Assembly: GCA_964247055.1 (NCBI GenBank)
Contig: OZ176057.1
Coordinates: 6,200,001-6,264,000 of the forward strand
Reading direction: 5' to 3'
Source of the DNA: Paragordius varius
Taxonomy: Eukaryota > Animalia > Nematomorpha
DNA length: 64,000 nt
The notes beneath the pieces were generated by a model that was given only the letters and a program-made list of their open reading frames with translations, had not been told where the DNA came from and did not search any database. A program made the translations under genes and the position numbers. Of this stretch, positions 24,754 to 36,990 are shown one piece after another; the first letter of the stretch is position 1; each line of letters starts with the position of its first letter.

Positions 24754-26348
24754 TATTATTTTTATGCAAAAACATCATTTTTCAACCAAACGCAACATTT
24801 TTTCAAGCAAAGTAATTTAACAAAGAAACATTTTTTTAGACAACATTTTTTGAGCAAAGACAACACATTTTAAACCAAACACAACATTTTATCAACCAAA
24901 TACAACATTTTTTAAACCAGCAACATTTTTTCAAGCAAAGACAACATTTTTTTAATCAAATAGAACATTTTTTCAACCAAATGATACATATTTTTAACCA
25001 AACTTTTTTTCGAGAACATAATTTCTAGCAAAGACAACATTTTTTTAGGCAAACACAACATTCAATCAAAGACAAATTTTTTTTAACAAACGGAACATTT
25101 TTTGAGCAAGACAACATTTTTTCAACCAAACGCAACATTTTATGCAACATTTTTTCAACCATACGCAACATTTTTTCAAGCAGACACAACATTTTTTCAA
25201 GCAGAGAAAACATTTTTTAAGGCAAACGCAACATTTTACAAGCTAAGATAACATTTTTTATAACGCAACTTTTTTCAAGCAAATATAACATTTTTCCATC
25301 CAAACGCAACATTTTTTTAACCAAAGACACCATTTTTCAAGCAAAAACAACAATGTTTTAAAAATTAAAAAAACATTTTTTTTATTTTAAGACGTATATT
25401 TTGAGTTAATGTAGTTTAATTTTAGCGTAGAATTATGATTTATTGTTTTATCATCAATATTTAATGGTAGCTTAAAATACTTTAATTTTTTGCATCATTA
25501 TACCATTTGCACTTCAAGAGCGTCTTTGAGCACTTCAAGTTGGTCCTTTAATATTTCAAATTGGTCCTTAAACACTTTAAATTGGTCTAACTTTTATTAA
25601 TTAAGCAAAAAATATTCATCTAACCTATCATTTTATACCTTTTTTCCTTATTTAACCTAAACTTATAGGTGAATACCAATTTTTTCATAAGAACCATATA
25701 TCCTTATTATTTTCTATAAAAAAATTAACTATATTATAATCTAGGCACTGTGGGTTATTGATCGTAATATTTAGTTTAAAACATTGATAAGTTTATAATA
25801 TTGATAAAGAAAGAAAATTATTGAAACAAATAAAGTTGTTTTTACCATGAAAATATTTTTGGCACAAAAAATAATAAAAAAAGGTATAGTTTAAAACGGT
25901 TGTATGCAAACTGCAAAATAAGAATTTTAAGTTAAGGATAACTTTAAATTTTCATAGACACTTCGAAGCACATATAGATTGAATAGGTGAAAATAAGTTA
26001 TAAATAATAAACGTAAACAAATAATGCAATTTATGGCCAAATTATTGTTTTAATTTATCATTAAATATTGATGATAAAACAATAAAATCATCATTTTACG
26101 TTAAAAAATTACATTAACTTTAAATTAAATATGTCATAAAATAAAAAAAATGGTTTTTAATTTTTCTAAAATTTGCTTTAAACAATGGTGTCTTTGGTTG
26201 AAAAATGTTGCGTTTGTTTGATATGTTGTGCTTGCTTGAAAATGTTGCGTTTGTTAAAAATGTTTGCTTAATATGTTGTCTTTGCTTAGTTGTGTTTGGA
26301 AAAAATGTTGCAGGTTGAAAAAATGATGTTTTTGCATGAAAAATGGTA
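24754..26348. mobile_element. Foldback-like element family T3 (AAATGGTA end) with arms of ~21-bp CAACCAAACGCAACATTTTTT repeats; contains a T2 left-end fragment at 25501-25590
   Basis: The left arm 24754-25490 is the reverse complement of the right arm 26040-26348, and its minisatellite is expanded to ~600 bp. Confidence 0.8.
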
Positions 26349-26366
26349 TAAATCTACCTTAATATA

Positions 26367-26616
26367 CAGTAAAAATTGAAATTATACATGTATGTAAAAA
26401 CATGCAGGCTAAATTTTCACAATACAACCATACTTTTTTTAATCCATGATATTTTTAAACTTAAGCTATATAATTAAAATTCGGAAATATAAATTGATTG
26501 TTATGCCAAATCATTTTTCAATTCGCAATCAGAAACCATAAGTTATATTTATAAATGTGAAAAAATATTTCTCTTTATGTTTTTACGCTTTGTCCGTAAA
26601 AATTTATTATTTACTG
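26367..26616. mobile_element. MITE family C copy
   Basis: TA-CAGTAAAAATTGAAATTATAC ... TTACTG-TA. Confidence 0.82.
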
Positions 26617-26675
26617 TATGTTCCAAATAGTATAACTGTCTTTTAAATAAAAATTGTTTTTGTGCTTTTACATTT

Positions 26676-27850
26676 ACTATGCACAAATTATTACTATAAT
26701 TACAACACTTGAACTTTTAACTAAAAAAATAGCAAACAGAAAGTTACACGAATGCGATTGTGGTACCACGTCTAAATCTTTGAGGCGCTTGCCAAAAATA
26801 AACTGTTTTGGATAAATCTGACCGGGATCCATCATGAGTTACGGAATTTTCGGTTCCTGGAAAACAGCTGATAATTTGAATCCCATTTTGCCCTAATAAA
26901 ACGACCCATAATTTTTCCAGTTTGGTTATTGCGGGCTTGTAGGAGGATACCCTTATACCCTACTGGTCCAACAATCTTTACTAAAGGATAAAAATGCATA
27001 TAAAATATTTTTTACAATTTGAAGCAGTTTGATTAGTTTTAATGTGTATCACAATATAACAATCGGAAATTTGACAAAAACAAATTTTAATTGTACCATT
27101 ATTTATAAATATTTTTTTTCTGTGGTTATTTCGTTTTTCCAAATAGTTATTGTCATATAATTTCTTCATGATTGGAATCCAATTGTATTATTAATTTAGC
27201 AGACACTTCTTCTATTTACGGTTAATTCGGATACCAACACATTTGTAGCAAAAATTGAAACTATATGAAAAAACTTAAAATATTTGTTGTAAACTTTATA
27301 ACCTTTTATTCCGTATAAATTATTCAATTAAAACCATAATATATAAGATTGATTGTTTTAACAGTTTGACATCTCAATTCCCTGCCATGTAACGCAAAAC
27401 AATGAGTATTATTTAAATCAAATAAGTTAAAAATACAGCGACTTTTGGAGAAAATATTTGTCCATCTGTTTTTAAGTTTTGTCCGTTGTGTAATTTCAAC
27501 ATTTACTGTAACATCAAAAATGTACATGGTAAAAACCAAACTTTTATTATAAATATTGACTTACCAACCACGACTTTCCCAGCTTTAACTTGTCGCGCGG
27601 AAACGAGAATACGAAAAGGATGCCTTCGAGTACCCTCGACTAAAGAATGTCCGTGAAATCGGGGATTTGGTTCCATCGAATCGCAAACAGATGTGGGCGC
27701 ACCCTCAGGAAAAGCCTGGACTGAAAAATGGTTTAAATTAGCCGTTAATATTAACATTAGTGACATTGACAGAAATCCAACTAAGCCAGTTTTCAAAAAC
27801 AACTTCTTGATTAGATGAAAGATGATACATTTATATTGTGGGTTAAACAT
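26676..27850 (-). CDS. Reeler-domain secreted protein with a +1 frameshift in exon 2 (exon 1 27850-27565, exon 2 26980-26748, possible exon 3 from 26720)
   Basis: FPEGAPTSVCDSMEP..HG, YKGILLQAR, G.F, C...NSVTH and FWQAP are typical Reeler motifs. One extra base near 26891-26900 breaks the frame between GRF and GQNG. The 3' end is uncertain. Confidence 0.8.
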
Positions 27851-29297
27851 GGAATCGAAATGATGCTTTTTTGTATAAATTCAGTTAAAAGAATGGTTTA
27901 GTTAATTATGTAGTTAAGACAATTTTTTTACATAAGCTAAATGGTTAATTTTTGGTTAATAAGATAAATGCAATAAATGTTTTTTTTCAGCAGCTACTAG
28001 ATAATTGAGGCCTTTGGCTAAATCTAAACTGTAACTGAATGTATGAAATATATATAAACAATGGTAGATATTTAACGGTTTTGACCTAATACTGATTTTT
28101 TTTTTGAACTCCTTTTAAGAATGTTAAAAAGCCGAATATGATGAATTATTTTCTAATGACAAAGAGTTGTCATACACGTATTTATGGCATAGAAAAGATT
28201 GACTCTTATAGTTTTATTTGCTTAAAGTTTTTATCTGTACATATAAATTTAATTAAGGAATCAAAGGTTGTTTATCTATTTTTACGGTTTTACCTTAACC
28301 AAGTGATAATAATTTTGAATTAACTGATATGGAAAAAATTTTGAGGTATTATTAAATATATGTTTGGTTGTGTATAAGACTTTTTTATATAACATCCTCC
28401 AATCATAATCTAAAAAATATGATTCTTGTGTAGAGATGCAAAAACTTATATAAAAATTTAATTTATCAACATTTTTAAATTTGCAATGCTTTTCTTACCA
28501 CTTCCATTTGCATCGATAATCTTTACCACTATTTTCGTACATCAAATGTGGGTTTAAGAATAAACAGCTTGTATGGAGATACGTGTAATCAAACTACCCA
28601 TTTTTGGGGTTTCTAATTGCGTTTGTTTGCAACATTACGAATTATATGTCATTAAGAAAATGGTGCGCTGTAAAATTGTAAAGAGCTTTTTGGGTGCCTT
28701 TGATTTTCCAACTACGCTCCTCAACTTATTCCGATTTACTAAAGTACTAAACAGTTACGCCGTTATAGATACACTGTATACTGGAAACAGTGATATTGGT
28801 ATAATGTAAAAATATCATAACAAAATAGAGGCTATAATATTTTTTCGAAAAAAATGTTACTCAAATCTAATCTATCGTTTTGGAACAAATAAAGAGTAGA
28901 GGAAATTGGTAACGCACTCAAATTTATATTTTAAAATTATTTATGAAAAAACCGTTTCCATTAGTCTTTTGCTTTTTATGTTTGTCTTTATGCTAATTTT
29001 TACTTTAATATTTATAATCTATTTCAGGGAAGTTAAAAAAAGGATCGGCAATTAGTTCACTTAACAATTAAAAAGTTGCACCGGAACTTATAATTTCAGT
29101 TTCGAGGTTTACACATAAAGTTTTGATTCAACTAATATAAAACATCGAGAAGGCCACGTATTCAATATGGCTAAATTCTAGCTAATCTCCGCAGTAACAG
29201 CAGCATCACTGTTAGACCTGAATAGACGAGTGTTTAATTTTACAAGTTCATAGAGCCCATATTATTTTTTGAACTAAAGGGTAGGTAAACTTAAAAT

Positions 29298-29836
29298 CAG
29301 GGGTGTCCGAGGCTTAGATTCGGCTTCTAAATTCGAAAAAATATAAACAAATAAACATTAACTAATATATTTCCATGAAACAAAGAAGATATTACTATCC
29401 CGAGTATATTAATTATTTTTATTTTTTGTTCATTTCGATGGCAAAATTTGGAAAGACAGATTTAGATTCGCTTATAAATTTCATAAATCAAGAAGTTAAA
29501 TTTATAAATAAATTTTCAAAATCTACTATCGGTTTTCGCTCATAAAGATTTTAAATGATAAATAATTTTTATTTTTTAATAATTTAAATCAAATTTAAGG
29601 GTATGTGGATACAAATATTTAACGCCCAAAACTAACCTTTTACCGATTTAATGGTGATTTTTATACATATATATAATTCCGATGAATTATTATTTAAAAA
29701 ATATATTTTTTTAGTAAATGGTAAAATTTTATAATTTTTAAGATAGTTGTTTTAAATTGAATGTTGTACATATGGGTTTATAAAATTTTTTACGGGCCGT
29801 AAAATAACTCAGGGAGCTGCATGTGGGGCACCCCTA
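29298..29836. mobile_element. Possible hAT (Charlie-like) non-autonomous element
   Basis: Ends CAGGGGTGTCC and GGGCACCCCTA; the 8-bp flanks are only similar (cttaaaat / ctctaaac). Confidence 0.45.
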
Positions 29837-30240
29837 CTCTAAACTGTATATTGTACTAAAATATTAACATTTATCGTTAGGTAAAATTACTTCCGAAATA
29901 TTTTCTAAATTCCGATTCTTAAATGAACTCTACCTCAATGCCTCTAATTCTAATGTGAATTCAATTCAACGATATGTCGCCACATAACAATGTTGGATTT
30001 GAGTTTCATTGCTCCAACCTATTTGAATGTTGAAGTTTTGCCACATGTCAATTTCATATACTCAAGCGTAATAACAACCTTGTCATCACATGGACCCCTA
30101 TTATTACAGTAAAGTTTTGTGCCAAAAGCTTTGATAAGGACCCATTGTTCATTAAAATAACTATTTCGACGAAATGTATTAAGTTACCATGTATAAAGTG
30201 TTTAAAACCTTAATTATATAAATATTACAGTTTAGAGTCT

Positions 30241-30415
30241 CTTTTTTCCTTTTTTATTAAAGGGTAAGGACTTAAATTGTATCCGGACATGTGAAGGCTT
30301 TAACACTCGCCTGCCCAGGGCTGACAGTGATGATGGAAAAAATGCGTAGTTTCGGGGTTCGAACTATGGCACGCAGAGTTAGAGTCCGTCGCCCTACCTA
30401 CTATACCATCACGCC
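30241..30415 (-). mobile_element. tRNA-derived SINE-like element
   Basis: Minus strand GGCGTGATGGTATAGTAGGTAG (A box) and AGTTCGAACCC (B box), followed by a non-tRNA body and an A-rich tail. The acceptor and T stems do not pair. Confidence 0.6.
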
Positions 30416-30569
30416 TCTTGTTTAAAACCTTAATTAATTTTAGTTAATTAGAGTTCGTAAGCTCTAAATTATTTGCATAAAAATTTGTCTAATAAGATAT
30501 CAAACGCAAATTTTTTAAATAGCCCAAACAGCTGATTATTTTTTAAAACTATTTTATGTAAGATTTTTA

Positions 30570-30855
30570 CAGTAAAAATTGAAATTAAACGGACAAAAGG
30601 TAAAAATATAAAGACAAAATTTTTATTTCAAAAGAAAACCATACTTTTTTAATCCTTATTAATCCTATAAAAATCATTTAATCCCAATCGTAAAATATAT
30701 AATTGTTTGTGTTACCAATTTAAATTTCTCTATTATACATTGTAGATGAAAACAATGAGTTATATTTAAAAAAATCAAGATTAAAAAAGTATGGTTATCT
30801 TTTGGAAAAAAATATTTGTCATTACGTTTCGTCCGCATAATTTAATTTTTTACTG
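30570..30855. mobile_element. Tc1-type MITE family C (~290 bp, CAGTAAAAATTGAAATTATACGGACAAAACG TIR); representative full copy
   Basis: TA-flanked TIRs of ~80 bp including AAAAGACAACCATACTTTTT. Confidence 0.9.
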
Positions 30856-30861
30856 TACTTA

Positions 30862-32113
30862 CTACTTGAGACCCATGATAGCAAGATTAGAAAATAATAG
30901 TTTGCTCTGTTCATGCAGTCTGTTTGAGTTGTTTTGCGGCCTTCGGGATTTGTATGCAAGTGATATTTTGCGTGCGGAGAGGTAATACCGTATACAATTT
31001 TTTGGATTATGGTTTATACGATAATAATAATAACGGTAATGGAACAGGATGGAACTGGATGGAACTGGAACGTCACGTACATGGCAAGATTCTATGATGA
31101 AAGTTTAGATTACCCAGCCGATTTAAGCGATAGAATGATTATAGCTGAGCTAGGGACCTATATTACGACACAGCGGACAAGAGTTGAAAAATTGAGTTTG
31201 GCGGCTAGCAGTGCTTATGGGTCGGCCATCGATTTGAATAAACTGCAACAAGCCCTGTATGAGCCGACATACGAATCTCTCATACAATGGGACCAAGAAT
31301 ATTATCCAAATGATGAAGCTTTTATACTAGGCTCTCAAACAGGTAATATACCATTTACAGTTCAAATTCACCCTTAAACAATTCAAATTCACCCTTGAAC
31401 AATTCAAATTCACCCTTGAACAATTCAAATTCACCCTAAAAATAAATTATGTGTTTTTGAACTAATATAACTCATTATTAATATGAAATATGTTTATGGT
31501 ATAGTTTATTTTTTCAGTAATATTTTAATTTAAAACAAAATTTTTTATTTTTTAAAAATATTTAAAATATAGGTAATTTTTAATCTCAAAAAACATATAT
31601 TTTATTTGAGGGTGAATTTGAATTGTTCGAGGGTGAAATTGAATTGTTCAAGGGTGAATTTGAATTGTTTAAGGGTGAAATTGAATTGTAAATGGTATAT
31701 CCTTTCAACTTTCTTATCGAAAAAAGCGCAATATGTTAAACAAAGTTTCCTCGAAACGAGCAACGGAGGACATATTCTCAAACAAATGCCGTCAAATACA
31801 TGAACCAACCAAATACTTCAAACGTTAATCAAGAAAGGAGGACAGAGGTGGAAACGCATAATGTGCTTGTTATGTGGCTTATTTTTGGGTACAATTATAT
31901 TCGCCAAGATCGTTTATCGGAAATCGAGATGTCAAAAACCTTAACACAACTTTTGTACCCAATCATTTTCACGTGTGCAATAATTCTTATTACCAGCATA
32001 TTTTTATGGTTTATATATCACACGACGTATATGAATCTGTACGTAAAACTAATAAACCCATAATGGATTCAGATGTTCCTGTTGATGAGGATAAATTGAT
32101 TAAAAAGAGATAA
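30862..32113 (+). pseudogene. Second copy of the membrane-protein relic, with two internal deletions and a MITE insertion
   Basis: Collinear with 44045-45733. About 745 bp are missing after GCGGCCTTCGG and ~65 bp after TGCGTGCG. Interrupted at 31349-31697. Confidence 0.75.
31349..31697. mobile_element. MITE family T1 (TACCATTTAC ends, 21-bp subterminal repeats)
   Basis: TIR TACCATTTACA...TGTAAATGGTA with tandem CCCTTGAACAATTCAAATTCA units on both arms. The empty site in the paralogue at ~45325 shows a TA (or ATAT) duplication. Confidence 0.92.
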
Positions 32114-35100
32114 ATGGTGTTTGTGGTTAAAAAACAAATGGTTTGCTGATGAATACTTTTATCTATAGAATCCAATGAGAACCTTTTACCGTGGCATAAG
32201 AGGAATCTCAAAATGCTCTATTTAATCGTACTACTCATAAGGTCCAGATTTTGGGTTAAATACATTTGTAATTATCAACAAAATAAAGTTCCACTATATT
32301 TGACATCGCATCCGATTAACTCTTTTTTAATTAAAAATAGAATATAGATTTAGCTTAAGCGAAAAAATTTATTTAAAAATGTGCGAATGATATAGATTAC
32401 GACAAAAGTGTGTACAACTAAATCACTCGTGAACGATCAAAACAAAAGCACTGTGATTTTGATACATTATCAGAATATATAAATATCATCACACTGTTGT
32501 TTTAAAGGAAAGTATGTCAAGACATTTATCATACTATCTAGTCATATCACCCAAATACTAATATGGCTATTTAATGTGCAAATATATTGAAAAAAAAATT
32601 CACAAAACTTTCTAGCCATAAGTATAAAAATTGGTTTTAACATTTTTCTTCGGAAAAAATCAATATAAAGAAATCAGATAAATCTTCGAATGTTTAATCT
32701 TAACTTCCATTTGTTTTAAAAAATGATGTCCATGGCAAACATCCGTTTAAATAATTTTAAAAATATAATTCAAAAACGCATGTCATTAGTTTGATATATA
32801 TATTTAGCGTTCTATATAACTTTCTATTTCACATTTTTATAAAATGACATAAAGACTACAACATCATTTATATATTAATAGAATGTTTATATTAGCTGTA
32901 TTCTAAATAATTTCTTCGATTGTTACATTTTCATATATTAACACAAAGGCTACATCTAAATTACAATAATGTTATATTTGCTGTTAATACCCTTATGCGA
33001 TTTTTTGGAACCACGACCCTATGCTAAACTGGAAATACATGAAAATTTGGATAGAAGTTAACGGATTGACAAAAATTAACTCACAATGACGGAATTAACA
33101 GAAAGCGTATTTTTGGATGTGGATTCTTAGGGAGAATTATAGAAAGATCTATTTTTTAATTAATTACACCTAATCAAACACAACTAACTTTAATGAACTG
33201 GCTAAAAACATTAGCAATCTTAACGCGGAAGTTATTAGCATTCAAGCAATAAACCATACAATTAAACTAGTCAGGTTACTACTAAAAATAGTAAAATTTA
33301 ATAATTTACAGACTTTAATTTAAATAAAAATGCGTTTGTTTATTAATGACTTATTAGCCCACGCAAGAATTGTATTTTGTAATAAAAAGCAAGATTTGAC
33401 CTTAATTTTCTATTTTTTCCAAGTTATAAAAAAGTATTTTATGTAGTTAGATGTTAACAAATAAATTAAATTTGACAAGTTTACAAGTTGCAAAAATAAT
33501 GACATCTGAACTACAAAACAATACAACACATCAATCATTCTATAAAATTAAAACATGATTTGGAATCTTAAAACATTATCCAACTATAGTCTATAAAAGT
33601 TCATCGTAAAGTGTACTGGCTATAGAATTACTCACTTAATTTTAATTGGATCAGCATCTTATTTAAAATAATGATTAATGGAACCATGTACTGGGTGGTT
33701 GAAATATTTATACGAATTTATTATTATAAAAATTGAATACAAAATGTAAAAAATTAAAATACAAAAAAGACAAACTTTCAATTGATTTTTTATATATATT
33801 TACATTTGAGATATATTGAGTGTGTTACCAGTTATTTAATTGTTTCAAATCAAGTATTATAGAATTAATTTGCCAGAACTTTTGAATATAAGAGGTAGCT
33901 TTAACCAAGGCCTATAATCATACCAAAAAAGAGTGATGAAACCAGGAGGGTCTATCTATAATTATTTTTTGTCTTTTGGGAAAGAACGCTGCATTGCGTC
34001 TATAAAATTAACGTTTCAATAAATAAATCTTTCCAACATTAAATTATTTAGAATTTGTTTTTAGCGATGATCTCAATCCTCATTTTGCCGTAATAATTTA
34101 ATAAGATTCTAGTCCATACTAAAATGGCAGCATAATTTGTAATTGTAGGAAATCAAAGCACTTGTCTGATAATTCTAATTTTTTCCGTTAGACAGATATT
34201 TTAACGTTTCTAAAATTAAAATATAATATATTACATTTAAAATGGTATAATTTTTGTAAGGTTATCATCTATGATTTAAACTGAAATTTATTAGTAAGCA
34301 GGTGTACGAAACATTGTTCTAAATTTTCTAACCTAAATTTCCATTATGTTAATAAAAAGTCGAAATACAATAAATTATCTTTAAATTATTAATAACTTAG
34401 AAACTTAATCATTTGCCAATATGAATATGCAATCTAGTTTTTGAAGATTTAAGATTGTTGAGAAAATACTTTTTTAATTACTACAGTTTGACTTTGAGTA
34501 AAAAATTATATTTGGCAAATAACTGATTAGTGCTTTTAAATTAGCTTAGTGAAAATATTTATAACGGCTCTAAAGTACACATCTTGTGCTTTTATATTTT
34601 TTTGAAATATAATATTTTAGAAAATTGTAAAGATGAAAAAAGCAATAACATTCTCCATCATCTTTAGGAATTCCTTATTAATAATTTTTTCTTATAGTAA
34701 ACCTTAACATTTACCCTTGTTTTCGGAAAACACCGATAAAACATAAAAATATAACACCGAATTCTTTATTTCAATTTTAAATTTTATTTATATATTAAAA
34801 GAATTTTCACAGGGTTATTTCACTTCAAGTTGTCCATATCTATCCTATTAATTTATTTGGCACCGACTCATTGATTTCTGTGTTTTTCTCCCCTTAATAT
34901 TCTTTAGAAATAAGTAATCAAAAATTGAAATTATACGGATTAAAAAATACTAAGATTTATCCTAAATTAACTAAGTAATTACAATTAGTGTATCAATTAC
35001 ATTTTCAAAATTTCGAAACGCTAAGAGATAAATTATTATAAATAATAAAATTTATAAAATATGATTGTCTTTCTAAATAAATATTTAACGTTTTGTATTT

Positions 35101-35829
35101 TTAATGTATTTTTAGACAATTACTCTGTCTTTCATTTTTTTTATTTCAAATTAAACCGTCTCAGGCAGTCAAACAAAAGGCAATAAATTATTTTTAGCAT
35201 ATATCAAAATTTATTAAGCGTATTTTGTCATTGATAATACAGGGAAAATTATGATCTAAAAAACTATACTGGTTTTAAATTTTCCCCAAGTCTCAAAGTC
35301 CCAACATTGTGTAAAAAGTGCGCACTTTATGTGCATGAAAAACCTATTCGTCCTTTGAAACTTTATGTGCGCCCCGCCATAAATTTGGACATTCATATTT
35401 CACAAAAACAAACTCACACAAAGTCTTATTAATCACAATATTTCTTAAATTTTTTAAATTGATCAATTAATTAGCAGGGACTAGAAAAATTGTTATATTG
35501 CGTTTACACTTTTCAGTCTTTTGTTTGAGATCTAATAAACTTAATATAAATGCCCATATATATTTCGAATCCTGCCCGCTAGTCATTTTCAGCCAAAAGT
35601 GCAGCCCGCGAAACCATTTTTGTTGGACAGCCCTATTCTATTAATTTGTTTGTTTTATGCACTAAAAGGCCTCTAATACATTTACAACAATACTCCTTAA
35701 CTTGAATGGATGCGTTAAAATGAGTAAATTTATTTCAATAAAAATTTATTTTTGAGTGTAAAGATTAAAAAAAATAAACTTATCGGTCCGTCTATCAATT
35801 AATCAATAACATTATACCAAACACACTTT

Positions 35830-36990
35830 ATTAAATAATGTATTATATGGTTGACTTTGGCCTTTCCGTCCTCCGTTCAAGAACTTTAGTCCAGACATTG
35901 TTGGAGCACCCCTTTATATGGCCTACGACATGCTCAGTCGAGACACCTATGATTACAAAGTAGACATTAGGTTCTTAAGGAATTGTAATAATCAAATTAG
36001 TGTAAGGCAACAACCCTACAAACGTTTTGACATTTAGCGATATCAATTATACTATTTATCATTTATTCGACCTTTATTTTTGTTAGATACTATATAAAAT
36101 CATTGAAACAAGAATCCCAACCCTGCCCAAATCAATTTCCACAGATTTCACTGATTTTTACATGACTTTATGCGCAAACAGGCTACCGATAGATGGTCAG
36201 CCTATGAATTTATGCATATATACATAATTAATTGATTTCTTTTTTATTGGGTTACCTACTATAAGATTTTTACGGTAAACTATATAAAGATATAATTTTT
36301 TTGGTCATACCTTTTTTGGAACAATCAATCTTACCGAGCGCATAGTTAATTCCATCACAGATCATTCCAATTCATCTGCAAAAAATTAATACCCATATGG
36401 TGTGTTGAATTCCTCCATCAACACAAGTGTGTGGTTTTAAACAAAATTCGTGTTTTACAAGTATTCGCGGGAGATTCATTCACAAATAGATCTATTATAT
36501 GTTTTTTAAAAAGGCCACCAAAAACATAATTTGTTTATATAGTTTACCGTAAAAATTATAGGTAATTCCATGAAATAATTAGATGTGCATACCTGCAGCA
36601 AGTCATTGGCTGACCATTGATCGGTGGCCTCTTTGCGCAAAGAGTTTTGTAAAAAATCGGTGAAAGCTCTCGAAATAGATTTCGGCAGGGTGGGGATCCC
36701 TGTTTTGATAATTTTATGTGATATCTAACTGAAAATAAAGGTAGAATTTAAAGATAAATCTAATTTCTAAACTCCACTTTATAGCGTATGGAGGGTTTCC
36801 TACAACTAATTTGATTGGTATTATTCCAAGGACCAAATGCACTTTGCAATAATAAGAGTCTCGACAGAACATGTCGTAGGCCATGTAAAATGGCGTTCCG
36901 ACGATGTCTGAAGTAAAATTGGTTGAACGGAAGCAGGAAATACCAAAGTCAACCATATCCATATAATAGATTAAATGAACGCTTTTTTCT
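35830..36990. pseudogene. Palindromic kinase cassette 1: two tail-to-tail STE20-like kinase pseudo-exon sets
   Basis: + arm VDFGLS...IVGAPLYMAYDML.RDTYDYKVDI; - arm VDFGIS...IVGTPFYM...GNPPY and PTLPKSISRAFTDF...WSANDLLQ|gt. These match subdomains VII-XI. Confidence 0.8.

Noticed and set aside
25025-25213. ORF MFSLLEKMLCLLEKMLR...
   Set aside because: Translation of a minisatellite. The same applies to 31602-31808, 31606-31803 and 14910-15245 ((TA)n).
26892-26904. 13-nt GT-AG segment that would repair the Reeler frameshift
   Set aside because: It is shorter than any intron I know of and would delete the conserved G.F motif; an indel is more plausible.
9102-31697. 21-bp direct repeats as a CRISPR array
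   Set aside because: The repeats are contiguous with no spacers, sit symmetrically inside TIR elements, and there are no cas genes in this eukaryotic context.
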